Shown piece by piece: positions 20,176 through 33,007 of a DNA stretch of 64,000 nt. The stretch's first letter is position 1, and every line of letters starts with the position of its first letter. Under the pieces are notes generated by a model. It was given only the letters and a program-made list of their open reading frames with translations. It did no database searches and was not told the origin of the DNA. The DNA lies in NCBI GenBank assembly GCA_947449315.1, contig CANFRC010000001.1, forward strand, positions 237,793-301,792. The letters are read 5' to 3'. The position numbers and the translations under genes were made by a program. Source of the stretch: Bacteroidota bacterium (GTDB lineage Bacteria; Bacteroidota; Bacteroidia; 2-12-FULL-35-15).

Positions 20176-22656
20176 CTACTTTTTCTTCGCATCTTCCTTG
20201 ATGGTCAAATCAATAGGATTTGCTACCTTTTCCTTTAGTAAAGCTAATTTAACAACATCGATCATTTTTTCTACATAATGAAATTTCACATCCATTATGT
20301 ATTCTTTTTTGATGTCTTCAATGTCTTTTTTATTATCGATACTTAAAATTACCTCTTTAATTCCTGCACGTTTTGCAGCCAGTATTTTTTCTTTTATTCC
20401 ACCAACAGCCAACACGCGCCCTCTTAAGGTAATCTCGCCAGTCATTGCCAAATGGCTTTTCACCTTTCGTTGTGTAAAAGCAGATGCAATAGCAGTCAGC
20501 ATGGTAATACCAGCACTTGGACCATCTTTAGGAGTTGCGCCTTCTGGAACATGGATATGAATATTCCATTTATCAAACACTTCAGGTTTCAAACCTAAAA
20601 TATTGCTGTGAGATTTTAAATATTCTAGCGCAATAACGGCTGATTCTTTCATGACATCACCTAGATTACCAGTAAGTGTTAACTTACCAGAGCCAAGGGT
20701 GATGCTTGTTTCAATAAATAAGATATCACCTCCTACACTTGTCCATGCCAATCCAGTTACAACTCCGGCAACATCATTGCCCTGATAGCGATCTTTAGCG
20801 TGAGCGGGGCCCAAAATCTTTACCAGGTCTTTCTCTGTTACATTTACATTGTACTTTTGTCCCATCGCAATTGATTTTGCAGCATTTCGAACCACTTTAG
20901 CAATCACTTTTTCCATTCCTCTAACACCACTTTCACGGGTATAATTTTCAATAATATGCTCAATAATATCTTTATTCAATGAAATCTGATCTTTCTTCAA
21001 ACCTTGTTCTTCCAATTGTTTTGGCAATAAATGACGTTTGGCGATCTCCATTTTCTCCTCCAGGGTGTATCCAGTAATTTCAATAATTTCCATTCTGTCG
21101 CGCAATGCAGGCTGAATAGAACTTAATGAATTGGCTGTTGCGATAAACATTACATTAGAAAGATCATAATCCAATTCAACATAATTGTCATAAAAGGCAT
21201 TGTTTTGTTCAGGGTCCAATACTTCCAACAATGCTGATGATGGGTCGCCATGAAAGTCGTTTCCTACTTTATCTATTTCATCTAAAATAAATACAGGATT
21301 GGAAGCACCTGCTTTTTTGATACTTTGCAAAATCCTTCCTGGCATAGCACCGATGTATGTTTTACGATGCCCGCGAATCTCAGCTTCATCACGTAAACCA
21401 CCTAAACTCATACGAATGTATTTCCGACCTAAACTTTCCGCGATACTTTTCCCTAATGATGTTTTACCAACTCCTGGAGGGCCATATAAACAAAGTATCG
21501 GAGATTTCATATTTCCCTTCAGCTTCAAAACTGCAAGATGTTCGAGGATACGCTCTTTCACTTTTTCCATCCCAAAATGATCTTTGTTCAACACTTTTTC
21601 AGCACGCTTCAGATCAAAATTATCAGTTGTATTATCACTCCAAGGAAGATCGAGCAATACTTCCAAATAATTTGTCTGAATGGAATATTCAGCAGCATTT
21701 GGATTCATACGTTCTAATTTCCCCAATGCTTTTTCAAATGCGTCAGAAACTTCTTTTGTCCATTTTTTATGAATAGCTCTCGCTTTCATCTCCAGAATAT
21801 CCTGAGCGAAACTATTTTCACCCAACTCTTCCTGAATAGTTTTCATTTGTTGATGCAAGAAATAATCACGTTGTTGCTTATCAAGATCAACCTTCACTTT
21901 CGATTGTATCTGATTTTTCAATTCCAACATTTGCAACTCTTTGGTCAGATTCGATAACACCAATGTAGCACGTTCTTTCAAATCCAGCACTTCCAACATC
22001 GTTTGTTTTTCAGCAACAGGAGCATTCATGTTAGAAGAAATAAAATTAATCAGAAAAGAAGGGCTCTCAATGTTTTTAAGTGCAAATCCTGCTTCACTTG
22101 GAATATGCGGACTATGTTTTACAATTTGCAATGCCAAATCTTTAAGTGAAGACACTAATGCATCGAATTCTTTGTCATCTTTCGAAGGTCGAGTTTCTGC
22201 AAATGCCGTTATAGAAGCTTTCAAGTATGGCTCCGTTTGTTTAATCTCATTTAGTTCAAAACGTTTTTTTCCCTGAATAATCACCGTTGTGTTTCCATCG
22301 GGCATGCGCAGCATTTTTATGATTTGTGCTACCGTACCAATTCTGTTCAAGTCTTCAACGGCCGGATCTTCAACACTATCATTCTTTTGGGAAACAACAC
22401 CAATTATTTTGTCGCCTTTGTAGGCTTCTTTTACCAGGTTAATCGATTTATCTCTGCCAACAGTGATTGGAATCACTACACCTGGAAATAAAACGGTATT
22501 GCGAAGAGGTAAAATTGACAGTTCTTCTGGTACTTTTTCAGAGTTCATCTGGTCTTCATCTTCTGAAGAAAGCAAAGGAATAAATTCCGTTTCCTCATCC
22601 ATAACATTGTCTCTAAGGAAAGGTACAAGGTTATTTAAATCAAAATTATCAGTCAT
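20176..22656 (-). CDS. lon: endopeptidase La (Lon)
   Basis: [10 protein letters not shown], Walker [15 protein letters not shown], catalytic [14 protein letters not shown]. Confidence 0.98.
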   Translation of the reverse strand: MTDNFDLNNLVPFLRDNVMDEETEFIPLLSSEDEDQMNSEKVPEELSILPLRNTVLFPGVVIPITVGRDKSINLVKEAYKGDKIIGVVSQKNDSVEDPAVEDLNRIGTVAQIIKMLRMPDGNTTVIIQGKKRFELNEIKQTEPYLKASITAFAETRPSKDDKEFDALVSSLKDLALQIVKHSPHIPSEAGFALKNIESPSFLINFISSNMNAPVAEKQTMLEVLDLKERATLVLSNLTKELQMLELKNQIQSKVKVDLDKQQRDYFLHQQMKTIQEELGENSFAQDILEMKARAIHKKWTKEVSDAFEKALGKLERMNPNAAEYSIQTNYLEVLLDLPWSDNTTDNFDLKRAEKVLNKDHFGMEKVKERILEHLAVLKLKGNMKSPILCLYGPPGVGKTSLGKSIAESLGRKYIRMSLGGLRDEAEIRGHRKTYIGAMPGRILQSIKKAGASNPVFILDEIDKVGNDFHGDPSSALLEVLDPEQNNAFYDNYVELDYDLSNVMFIATANSLSSIQPALRDRMEIIEITGYTLEEKMEIAKRHLLPKQLEEQGLKKDQISLNKDIIEHIIENYTRESGVRGMEKVIAKVVRNAAKSIAMGQKYNVNVTEKDLVKILGPAHAKDRYQGNDVAGVVTGLAWTSVGGDILFIETSITLGSGKLTLTGNLGDVMKESAVIALEYLKSHSNILGLKPEVFDKWNIHIHVPEGATPKDGPSAGITMLTAIASAFTQRKVKSHLAMTGEITLRGRVLAVGGIKEKILAAKRAGIKEVILSIDNKKDIEDIKKEYIMDVKFHYVEKMIDVVKLALLKEKVANPIDLTIKEDAKKK

Positions 22657-22701
22657 ATATAGTGAGGTATATCGTTCGTTTAAATTGTTTGCGTTGAAGA
22701 T

Positions 22702-22716
22702 TCAATCATTATGCCA
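22702..22716 (-). promoter_or_regulatory. sigma54-like -24/-12 element upstream of lon
   Basis: Minus strand TGGCATAATGATTGA vs consensus TGGCACG-N4-TTGC; -12 dinucleotide is GA, not GC. Confidence 0.35.
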
Positions 22717-22774
22717 TAGAGAAATAGGGACAAATTGGCATTCGCCGACTAAATTTGAATGACAATGGAAATCT

Positions 22775-23002
22775 TTAACTATTCTTGTTTGCTTTCATTA
22801 AATAGTAAATATTAATACCAACAATAGCAACATTTGTGAGAATAATGGGAAATGAAAAATGAAGCAATATGCCATATGCAACAAACATCACACAACCGAT
22901 TGTATTAATAACGCGAAGAATTTTTATCTCCTTCATCAAAAAGGATATTAATACGATAAAAGAAGCTAAATAGCCGATGATTTCCGTGGAGGAAAAGTCC
23001 AT
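22775..23002 (-). CDS. YgjV-family small membrane protein
   Basis: 75 aa, EIIGYLASFIVLISFLMK...LRVINTIGC...YG pattern. Confidence 0.7.
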   Translation of the reverse strand: MDFSSTEIIGYLASFIVLISFLMKEIKILRVINTIGCVMFVAYGILLHFSFPIILTNVAIVGINIYYLMKANKNS

Positions 23003-23014
23003 ATTTTTTTTAGA

Positions 23015-24217
23015 TTATTTTCTGAACTTTTCAGTCAGTTCAAAAACATGAATTAAAATCTCTTGTTCGGTTTCGTTAAAAACCAAGCCTCTGCGTTCAA
23101 AAACACGAGCAGCAACTTCAAAAGCATCTTTTAATTTATAGGTTGTGAAACCTGCGGCTCCTCCCCATGAGAAAGAAGGGACAAAGTTTCGTGGAAAACC
23201 TGATCCGAAAATATTTGCATTTACTCCTACAACGGTTCCTGTATTAAACATTGTATTAATACCACATTTACTATGATCTCCCATGATTAAACCACAAAAA
23301 GTAAGGCCCGTATTTACAAATCGTTCCTTTTCGTAATTCCATAATTTTACTTCTGCGTAATTATTTTTCAGATTCGAATTATTGCTATCTGCACCAATAT
23401 TGCACCATTCTCCTAAAACAGAATTACCCAAAAATCCATCGTGACCTTTATTTGAATAGCCAATTATTACAGAGTTATTTACTTCACCACCCACTTTACT
23501 GTGCGGTCCAACAGTAGTTGGACCGTATATTTTCGCTCCTAATTTTAAAGCAGAATGTTCGCACAATGCAAAGGGTCCACGCACAATTGATCCTTCCATG
23601 ATCTCCGAATCTTTGCCAATATAAATGGGTCCTGTAGTCGCATTTAAAATGGCGCATTCCACCTTAGCACCTTCTTCCACAAAAACATTTTCAACACCCA
23701 ACACTTTATTGGTAGAACTCAATGCTATTGATTTACGGCCTTTTGTGATTAGATGAAAATCGGCTTGGATAGCTTCCCCGTTTTTAGAAAAAATATCCCA
23801 GGGATTCTCTATGCGCATTGCCACAGCATGCGATTGAAACTTGGTAAAGCTTTCGATATTCTTAAAATCAAATTCTTTCAAATCTCCTGAATTAGCTGCT
23901 ATCAATACATTCGATGACAACAATGCTTGCTGAGGTTTTAATGATTTTATTTCTTCGATCAGTTTTTCGTTCGGACTAAACGAGCCGTTGATCCATAAAT
24001 TATCGGCATCAATAGCAAAAACAAGAGGAAATTTCTTACTTAAATATTCTTCTGTTTTTGTTGATGTTTTTGATTTTAAATAAAACTCCCATTTTTCGCG
24101 GATAGTTAATATTCCAAACCGTATTTCTGCAACGGGACGTGTAAATGTCAGTGGCAGCATATTAATACGAGTGGTATCGTCAAATAGAATATAGTTCATT
24201 TTTTTATATTTTGACAA
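23015..24217 (-). CDS. GlmU-family (putative sugar nucleotidyltransferase-like) protein with hexapeptide repeats
   Basis: LPLTFTRPVAEIRFGILTIREKW; C-terminal left-handed beta-helix repeats; NKGHDGFLGNS. Confidence 0.82.
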   Translation of the reverse strand: MSKYKKMNYILFDDTTRINMLPLTFTRPVAEIRFGILTIREKWEFYLKSKTSTKTEEYLSKKFPLVFAIDADNLWINGSFSPNEKLIEEIKSLKPQQALLSSNVLIAANSGDLKEFDFKNIESFTKFQSHAVAMRIENPWDIFSKNGEAIQADFHLITKGRKSIALSSTNKVLGVENVFVEEGAKVECAILNATTGPIYIGKDSEIMEGSIVRGPFALCEHSALKLGAKIYGPTTVGPHSKVGGEVNNSVIIGYSNKGHDGFLGNSVLGEWCNIGADSNNSNLKNNYAEVKLWNYEKERFVNTGLTFCGLIMGDHSKCGINTMFNTGTVVGVNANIFGSGFPRNFVPSFSWGGAAGFTTYKLKDAFEVAARVFERRGLVFNETEQEILIHVFELTEKFRK

Positions 24218-24238
24218 CTATTTAATTAAGGGTTAGCG

Positions 24239-24784
24239 CTATTTATTAAGCATTGTAATATAAGTATCTATTTGTCTTAAGAAATATTTTACAGTTTTTG
24301 TATTATCGGCATCAATCATCATATCAAAAAAAGCGGTATCACTTTCATCAAACTTACCAACTTTAAATGCTGCTTTAGAGAGCGCTGAAATGTATTTCAA
24401 AGGGAAATAGTCGCGTATATTAAGGTCTATCAAAAGATCATATTCTTCATTAATAAAATTTTGAATAACAGGAGAAGAAGGTTTTCCGAGCAAATTCAAT
24501 TCTTTAGTTGAAAAAAAATCGTATTCTAATTTTGAATAGGTTAATGCTGGGATCTCTTTTGTACTAAAATATCCTAAGACTTTCACTTTCTTCTGATGTC
24601 CACGAAGATAAACAACATAACGCTTAACGATCTCATAATCCTCAGCATTAGTGGCATCAAACAAAATACCTATTGTTTTAATTTTATCAAAATTAAATTT
24701 GTTAGGCACCGTTTTTCTACCTGAAGAAAGTACTTCTTTCTGCAAGGCTCTTTTTGCGATCGCTAGTTTTATGCCTTTAAACAT
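24239..24784 (-). CDS. Bacteroidota conserved protein (DUF6913-like)
   Basis: IKTIGILFDAT, FINEEYDLLIDL, SKAAFKVG; position next to ligA. Confidence 0.6.
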   Translation of the reverse strand: MFKGIKLAIAKRALQKEVLSSGRKTVPNKFNFDKIKTIGILFDATNAEDYEIVKRYVVYLRGHQKKVKVLGYFSTKEIPALTYSKLEYDFFSTKELNLLGKPSSPVIQNFINEEYDLLIDLNIRDYFPLKYISALSKAAFKVGKFDESDTAFFDMMIDADNTKTVKYFLRQIDTYITMLNK

Positions 24785-24857
24785 TTATTTCAATTCTTCT
24801 TATGTATATATTTCTCTAAAATACTAAAGATATCAATTCTTCCTTCGAAATGACATT

Positions 24858-26903
<2,046 letters not shown>

Positions 26904-26915
26904 TCATTTATGAAT

Positions 26916-27710
26916 CTATTTTTGTTCTCCTGCACTATTATCTTTAAAATCGTCATTTAAAATAAAATAAAAAGGAAATGCCATGCTAACTCTAGCAAAT
27001 TTATCCTCGTGTTTTCCTGGATACCATTTTATCATTTGAAGAACACGTATTGCCTCCTGATCACAGCCACCACCAACCGACTTCTCCACACCTATATTTG
27101 TAATTAATCCACTCGGTTCAACAACAAAACGAAGAACAACAATTCCCTGAATATTTGACAGCTGAGCTTGTTTGGGATATTCTAAATTGTCTTTGATAAA
27201 ATCCTGCAAAGCAAAATTCCCTTTTTGATACGCTGGCATTTGAACATTTGTAGAAAAAATAGAAGATGTACTATCAATTGGTGCGTCGGGCAGATAAGCA
27301 AAATTAACATACCCTCTTTCTTTACAAATCTTTGCATATTTATTAGGATCAAAATCAAAAACAACGGACCATTTTGACGAAACATATTTACCGTTCAGAA
27401 TGGCAGGAACCCATTTATATAATTTAAACAAACGTAAAGCCTCTTTCTCAAGATCAGGAGTATCAATTTCTGAAACTTGAATGTTTTTAACTGTACTATC
27501 TTTTTCAATTATAAAAGAGACGGTTACCTTTCCACTAAATTTCTTTTTTAAAGAATGTTCTGGATAAATAAGTTCTTGGTTAAATACTCTTTTAAACTCT
27601 GCCTTACCTCCAACATTTGTTGGAAAAGCGTCTAATGTAGTGCCTTGCGAAAAACAACTCAAAGTATATATAACAAGGACAAATAGTAGAACAAACTTAA
27701 TTTTTTTCAT
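26916..27710 (-). CDS. TonB-family protein with two TonB C-terminal domains
   Basis: Two copies of (I)xYP...G.V.(V/L).F.(I/V)...G/S...I......EA.R motif; signal peptide ending FSQ. Confidence 0.8.
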   Translation of the reverse strand: MKKIKFVLLFVLVIYTLSCFSQGTTLDAFPTNVGGKAEFKRVFNQELIYPEHSLKKKFSGKVTVSFIIEKDSTVKNIQVSEIDTPDLEKEALRLFKLYKWVPAILNGKYVSSKWSVVFDFDPNKYAKICKERGYVNFAYLPDAPIDSTSSIFSTNVQMPAYQKGNFALQDFIKDNLEYPKQAQLSNIQGIVVLRFVVEPSGLITNIGVEKSVGGGCDQEAIRVLQMIKWYPGKHEDKFARVSMAFPFYFILNDDFKDNSAGEQK

Positions 27711-27721
27711 CTTTTATATTC

Positions 27722-28606
27722 TTAAATACTACCTCGCAAGATACGATAATTATTACTGATATCTTTAAGCAACTCCACATTTTTAAATCCTTTACTTTCA
27801 AGCATATACTTCGATTCAAGACCAAAAGCCTGGTTGATTTCAAAATATATTTTACCATCCGGTTTCAATTTTTTCAGGGCGAGATCGGCTATTGCTTTAT
27901 AAAACAATAATGGATCCGAATCATTTACAAACAAGGCTAAATGTGGCTCATAATCCAACACATTTTGATGCATACTTTCTTTTTCTGAAAAACATATGTA
28001 AGGAGGATTGCTTACGATAATATCAAGTGCAGTAGAAAATTCGGAATTGAAATAGATGGAATTTAATACATTATCAACAATGAATTCTACTTCTACGCCG
28101 TTCAATTCTGAGTTATATTTTGCTATGTCTATTGCTTCTGCAGAAATATCCAAGGAAGAAACGTTAGCGTCAGGAATATTTTTCTTCAGCGCAATCGGAA
28201 TACAGCCACTTCCAGTTCCAATATCCATGATTGACAAATCTTGTTTTTTGAGGATCGATGACCGGTGATCTTTGATGATAAGGTCTACCAACTCCTCTGT
28301 TTCAGGTCGTGGAATTAAAACATGTTCATCAACCTTGAATTTCAATTTATAGAAATCAGCGTATCCGAGAATATATTGAATTGGTCTGAATTTTTTCAGA
28401 TCTTTAATGGCGAAATTAAATTTGAGTAACTCCGACTCCGACATCGTTTCATTCCCTCTTAACGATATATCTGAACGCTTCATTGAAAGATAAACCTCAA
28501 AACAAAACACCATCATAGACTCTATCTCCTCTTTTTCATAGAGCGTATCAAGTTCTTGTCTGAAAAATCGAACGACATCGTTTATTTTATTTGAAGCAAT
28601 TTTCAT
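27722..28606 (-). CDS. prmC: release factor glutamine methyltransferase
   Basis: PIQYILG, LIPRPETEEL, DIGTGSGCI, SNPPY. Confidence 0.96.
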   Translation of the reverse strand: MKIASNKINDVVRFFRQELDTLYEKEEIESMMVFCFEVYLSMKRSDISLRGNETMSESELLKFNFAIKDLKKFRPIQYILGYADFYKLKFKVDEHVLIPRPETEELVDLIIKDHRSSILKKQDLSIMDIGTGSGCIPIALKKNIPDANVSSLDISAEAIDIAKYNSELNGVEVEFIVDNVLNSIYFNSEFSTALDIIVSNPPYICFSEKESMHQNVLDYEPHLALFVNDSDPLLFYKAIADLALKKLKPDGKIYFEINQAFGLESKYMLESKGFKNVELLKDISNNYRILRGSI

Positions 28607-28613
28607 ATCATTG

Positions 28614-28621
28614 CAAAGGTA
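28614..28621 (-). promoter_or_regulatory. -7 element (TACCTTTG) for the prmC-ligA transcript
   Basis: Exact TAnnTTTG match 7 nt upstream of the prmC ATG. Confidence 0.55.
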
Positions 28622-28648
28622 AGTAATACTTAAATTACAAATTCAAAA

Positions 28649-29692
28649 ATGAACAGTCACGAAAAACACATGAAACGTTGCCTCGAATTGGCTGTGAAGG
28701 GATTAGGAAATGTAGCTCCAAATCCAATGGTTGGATGTGTAATTGTATATAATGGGGAGGTAATCGGAGAAGGATATCATCAGAAATATGGAGAAGCCCA
28801 TGCCGAAGTAAATGCAATCAATGCAATAATAGATAAAGAACTTCTAAAAAATTCAACCCTTTATGTTAACCTGGAGCCATGCTCTCACTTTGGTAAAACG
28901 CCACCTTGTGCCGATCTAATCATAAAGTATAAAATACCAAGAGTTGTTATCGGTACTATTGATTCTAATATACTGGTAGCAGGAAATGGAATTGAAAAGC
29001 TGAAGGCTTCCGGAGTTGAAGTAACAATAGGCATGCTGGAAGCCGACTGCAAAAAATTAAACAAACGGTTTTTCACATTTCAAGAAAAGAAACGCCCATA
29101 TGTTATCTTAAAATGGGCGCAAACGACAGATGGTTTTATTGATGTGAAGAGACATGAAGAAAGCACCAATAAACCGATTCAGATTAGCAATTCCGATTCA
29201 AAAAAGCTCTTGCATTTATGGAGAAGTCAGGAACAAGCAATAATGATAGGTACGAATACTGCTTTACTTGATAATCCTCAATTAACAGTGAGAGAGGTGA
29301 AAGGCAAAAATCCATTACGAATCACCATCGATAAATGGTTGCGAATTCCAAAGCATTTCTATTTGTTTGATCACACCACTCCTACGCTTGTTTTTACTGC
29401 TTCTGATGAACCCGCTCAAATCAATCTTGATTTTGTAAAAATTGATTTTGAACAACCGATCATTCCTCAGGTTTTAAATGAATTATATAAACGTAACATC
29501 CAATCCTTGCTAGTTGAAGGAGGAGAATATATCCTAAATAGCTTTATTGATGCTAACCTCTGGGATTCTGCAAGAGTTTTTATTTCCGAAAAGAAACTTG
29601 AGAAAGGTGTTCATGCACCTGTTTTGAAACAAGAACCTGTAGTAAAAGAAAATATATCTGGAGATAAATTATTGTTTTATGTAAATCAATAA
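28649..29692 (+). CDS. ribD: riboflavin deaminase/reductase RibD
   Basis: PNPMVGCV, HAE, LEPCSHFGKTPPC, reductase KWAQTTDG, DNPQL, VEGG. Confidence 0.96.
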   Translation: MNSHEKHMKRCLELAVKGLGNVAPNPMVGCVIVYNGEVIGEGYHQKYGEAHAEVNAINAIIDKELLKNSTLYVNLEPCSHFGKTPPCADLIIKYKIPRVVIGTIDSNILVAGNGIEKLKASGVEVTIGMLEADCKKLNKRFFTFQEKKRPYVILKWAQTTDGFIDVKRHEESTNKPIQISNSDSKKLLHLWRSQEQAIMIGTNTALLDNPQLTVREVKGKNPLRITIDKWLRIPKHFYLFDHTTPTLVFTASDEPAQINLDFVKIDFEQPIIPQVLNELYKRNIQSLLVEGGEYILNSFIDANLWDSARVFISEKKLEKGVHAPVLKQEPVVKENISGDKLLFYVNQ

Positions 29693-29812
29693 CTTGTTTC
29701 TAAAGATTACCATGTAAAATGACCTTAGCGATTGCAAAGATTTTTTTCATGATAAATAAATAATTTTGACCTAAATTAAAACCACAAAAACTGCGTATTT
29801 TAGCGGTAAAAT

Positions 29813-30427
29813 ATGCTTTTCGAAGATACCTATTTAACCATTTCCGAGCCATCAGAAGGCATCTACAAAGATAAAGGCAGTAAGTTTTTGAGCTTCGCTT
29901 TTAACGTAAGCTCAGAAGAAGAAATTAAGATGCGACTTTCTGAATTAAGAAAGCTTCACCCTAGCGCCCGTCATCATTGCTATGCATTTCGATTAGGTTC
30001 AGATAAGCAGGCATTCCGATCGAATGATGATGGTGAACCTTCCAATACAGCCGGGAAGCCAATTCTTGGACAACTGCAATCCAAAGACCTTACCAATGTA
30101 TTAATTGTTGTGGTTCGTTATTTTGGAGGAACCTTATTGGGTGTAAGTGGATTAATTCAAGCCTATAAACAAGCTGCGGCAGATGCGATTTTAAATGCAA
30201 CGATCATAGAAAAGACAGTGAACGATGTGTATGAAATTCACTTTGAGTATCTTCAGATGAATGATATCATGAAAATTATAAAAGACGAGGAAATCAAGAT
30301 CCTGTTTCAAAACTTTGAACTTAGCTGTGCTCTTATTTTTTCAATCAGAAAAAGTAATGCCAATAAAGTGTACGATCTGATCCGTAAAATCCCAAAAGCT
30401 ACAATTAAATATTTGAAATCAGAATAA
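29813..30427 (+). CDS. yigZ: YigZ/IMPACT family protein
   Basis: KGSKF, ARHHCYA, DDGEPSNTAGKP, VRYFGGTLLGVSGLIQAY. Confidence 0.9.
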   Translation: MLFEDTYLTISEPSEGIYKDKGSKFLSFAFNVSSEEEIKMRLSELRKLHPSARHHCYAFRLGSDKQAFRSNDDGEPSNTAGKPILGQLQSKDLTNVLIVVVRYFGGTLLGVSGLIQAYKQAAADAILNATIIEKTVNDVYEIHFEYLQMNDIMKIIKDEEIKILFQNFELSCALIFSIRKSNANKVYDLIRKIPKATIKYLKSE

Positions 30428-30497
30428 CACTAGCTTTTTGAAACAGGCTATCTGTTAAGATGAGTATATTTGTAAAAAAATTAGAAATCTGAATCGT

Positions 30498-31409
30498 ATG
30501 AAATTATTAAAAGAAATGTGCGCTATTCATGCTCCATCTGGAAATGAGGTTGCCATGACTAACTTTTTATTGAATTATATTGAAAAAAATAAAAAGAACT
30601 GGAAAGTAAAACCAAAAATATATTCGGGTAACGGCTTCCAGGATTGCATTATTCTTGTATTTGGAAAACCGAAAACGGCCATCTTCGCTCATATTGACAG
30701 CATAGGATTTACTGTGAGATATGGAAAGGAATTAGTCAAAATAGGCGGGCCAAGAACCATTGAAGGATTCGAATTAGTTGGAGAAGACAGCAAAGGCAAA
30801 GCTGATTGTAAATTACATATCGATAAATCGAACAACATCACCTATAAATTTAAACGTGATCTGGAAAGAGGAACAGAACTTACTTTCAAACCAAACTGGA
30901 GAGAAACAAAAGAATATGTTCAATGCTGCTATATGGATAATCGATTAGGCGTTTGGAATGCATTAAAAGTTGCCGAGACCTTAAAAGACGGTGCTATTGT
31001 ATTCTCCTGTTGGGAAGAACATGGTGGTGGAAGCGTTTCGTTTATTCAAAAATTTCTGTATGAAAAGTATAAAATAAAACAATCCCTTATTTCCGACATC
31101 ACTTGGGTGACTCCAGGTGTTCCGCATGGAAAAGGTGTTGTGATCTCCTTGCGCGATAGTTTAATTCCTCGAAGAAGCTATGTTGACAAAATTATTGCTA
31201 TCGCGAAAAAATCAAAGATCCCTTATCAATTAGAGGTAGAAGGAACTGGCGGCAGCGATGCAAAAGAACTTCAAATGAGCGAATACCCTTGGGACTGGTG
31301 CTTTGTAGGGGCTCCGGAAGACCATGTTCATACACCTGACGAAAAGGTCTATAAAAACGATATTGATGCAATGGTGAAGCTTTATAAGGTATTAATGGAA
31401 AAATTGTAA
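30498..31409 (+). CDS. M42/M28-type metallo-aminopeptidase
   Basis: APSGNE, AHID, MDNR, WEE, SDI and C-terminal HTP metal-ligand motifs. Confidence 0.8.
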   Translation: MKLLKEMCAIHAPSGNEVAMTNFLLNYIEKNKKNWKVKPKIYSGNGFQDCIILVFGKPKTAIFAHIDSIGFTVRYGKELVKIGGPRTIEGFELVGEDSKGKADCKLHIDKSNNITYKFKRDLERGTELTFKPNWRETKEYVQCCYMDNRLGVWNALKVAETLKDGAIVFSCWEEHGGGSVSFIQKFLYEKYKIKQSLISDITWVTPGVPHGKGVVISLRDSLIPRRSYVDKIIAIAKKSKIPYQLEVEGTGGSDAKELQMSEYPWDWCFVGAPEDHVHTPDEKVYKNDIDAMVKLYKVLMEKL

Positions 31410-31645
31410 CTCACCAGAAGCTATCAATTCATTTCTATAAGCACTCAGAATACTCCAATTTGAAAGAAAGCCGATGTAATACCCTTTTCAACAACAGGTA
31501 AATTCCTTTGACCTGAATCTTCAAATGTTTTATTACTGGAAAGATATCGTGGAATTGTATTTCGTTTTTGAAATAGTATATTTTTTAAACAAAAAGGTCT
31601 ATTTTTGGTTTAGATAGATTGTAAAAAAAATTATACTAAATCACT

Positions 31646-32884
31646 ATGTCAAACTTAGACATTTTTGTTTCCTTAGTTACCGCTGTGGTACTCATATTAA
31701 TTGTATCACATACTTTCGGTAGACTTTTTCAATCTATTGGACAACCAAAAGTAGTGGGCGAAATGATCTCAGGAGTTCTTCTGGGACCAACCTGTTTTGG
31801 TTATTTATTTCCTGAAACAAGCTCACATATTTTCAGTAAAGATCTTATGTCGTATTTATTTGTTTTAAGCAATTTAGGATTATCCTTTTACATGTTTTTA
31901 GTTGGTTCAGAAATAGACTTTAACACGTTTACAAAAAAAGTATTGAAACGTTCTTCTTTACTATCAATTGTTGCCATCCTATTCCCATTTATTTTCGGAG
32001 CGATTGCAGCAGGTTGGTATTTTCAGTTGTTTGCAATGCAGGGTATTTCATTTCTGTCATTTTCAATCTTTCTTGGGACCGCCTTTGCAATAACGGCTTT
32101 TCCAATGCTTGCCAGAATTTTGCATGAGAAAAATATTTTAAATACACCTATTGGCGTACTGACACTTATTTCAGCAAGCATACAGGATGTTGTATCGTGG
32201 ATACTATTATCTTTTGTAACAGCCGCTGCTGCAAATAAAGGACTGCAAGCTGGTTACATTACTTTATTTGGAGGAATTATTTTTGTTGTCCTGATCATGC
32301 TTGTGGCGAAACCATTATTGAAGATCATTGGAAAACGAACTCAAAGAAATGGAACTTTGAATCAGCAAGATTTTGCAATTGTTGTAATTTCATTATTAGC
32401 AGCAGCATTGATTACCGACAAACTTGGGTTGTATTCTGTATTTGGTGGCTTTATATTAGGCTTGGCGATGCCACGTGATCCAATATTTGTTAAAGATTTG
32501 AATTTAAAATTAAAAGATATTACTATTGCATTTTTACTTCCCTTGTTCTTTACTTTTTCAGGTTTAAATGCCAATATGTTGGTGCTGGGAAACATTACCA
32601 ATTTTATGCCTATGGTCATTATTGTAGCCTTTGCTTTTTTTAGTAAATACGGCTCAGCAACCATCGCCATGAAAATCTCAGGTTATTCCTGGCGCGAAGC
32701 TTCAGCAATAGGAGGGTTAACAAATGCCCGCGGGTTAATGGAATTAATAGTAGCGAATATAGGTTTATCTTACGGTGTTATTTCCAAGGACCTTTTTTCA
32801 ATCTTAGTTTTAATAGCCATATTAACCACTTTATGTGCAATGCCCATCTATAATCTTTCTTTGAAAAAAGTAAAACAACTATAG
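31646..32884 (+). CDS. cation:proton antiporter (CPA2), no C-terminal KTN domain
   Basis: QPKVVGEMISGVLLGP, TAFPMLARIL, DVVSW, FGGFILG, NARGLMELI. Confidence 0.88.
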   Translation: MSNLDIFVSLVTAVVLILIVSHTFGRLFQSIGQPKVVGEMISGVLLGPTCFGYLFPETSSHIFSKDLMSYLFVLSNLGLSFYMFLVGSEIDFNTFTKKVLKRSSLLSIVAILFPFIFGAIAAGWYFQLFAMQGISFLSFSIFLGTAFAITAFPMLARILHEKNILNTPIGVLTLISASIQDVVSWILLSFVTAAAANKGLQAGYITLFGGIIFVVLIMLVAKPLLKIIGKRTQRNGTLNQQDFAIVVISLLAAALITDKLGLYSVFGGFILGLAMPRDPIFVKDLNLKLKDITIAFLLPLFFTFSGLNANMLVLGNITNFMPMVIIVAFAFFSKYGSATIAMKISGYSWREASAIGGLTNARGLMELIVANIGLSYGVISKDLFSILVLIAILTTLCAMPIYNLSLKKVKQL

Positions 32885-32956
32885 CTGTTAAATAAAAAAA
32901 CTAAAATTGGTAATCAAATGATTAAATAAATAATTGGACGATTATCTTCCTAAAAT

Positions 32957-32990
32957 AAAAAAGCATTGAGTTTTTCTCTCAATGCTTTTT
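32957..32990. terminator. bidirectional intrinsic terminator
   Basis: AAAAAAGCATTGAG-7nt-CTCAATGCTTTTT. Confidence 0.75.
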
Positions 32991-33007
32991 CAAAACGAAC
33001 TTCAGTA

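Noticed and set aside
28607-28648. FMN riboswitch before ribD (also checked before ribBA)
   Set aside because: The gap before ribD is too short, and no RFN consensus is visible at either locus
31410-31645. Candidate riboswitch upstream of the cation antiporter, and a 54-codon open minus-strand frame
   Set aside because: No Na+/Li+, fluoride or c-di-AMP consensus recognisable by eye; the open frame has no ATG/GTG/TTG start and no motif
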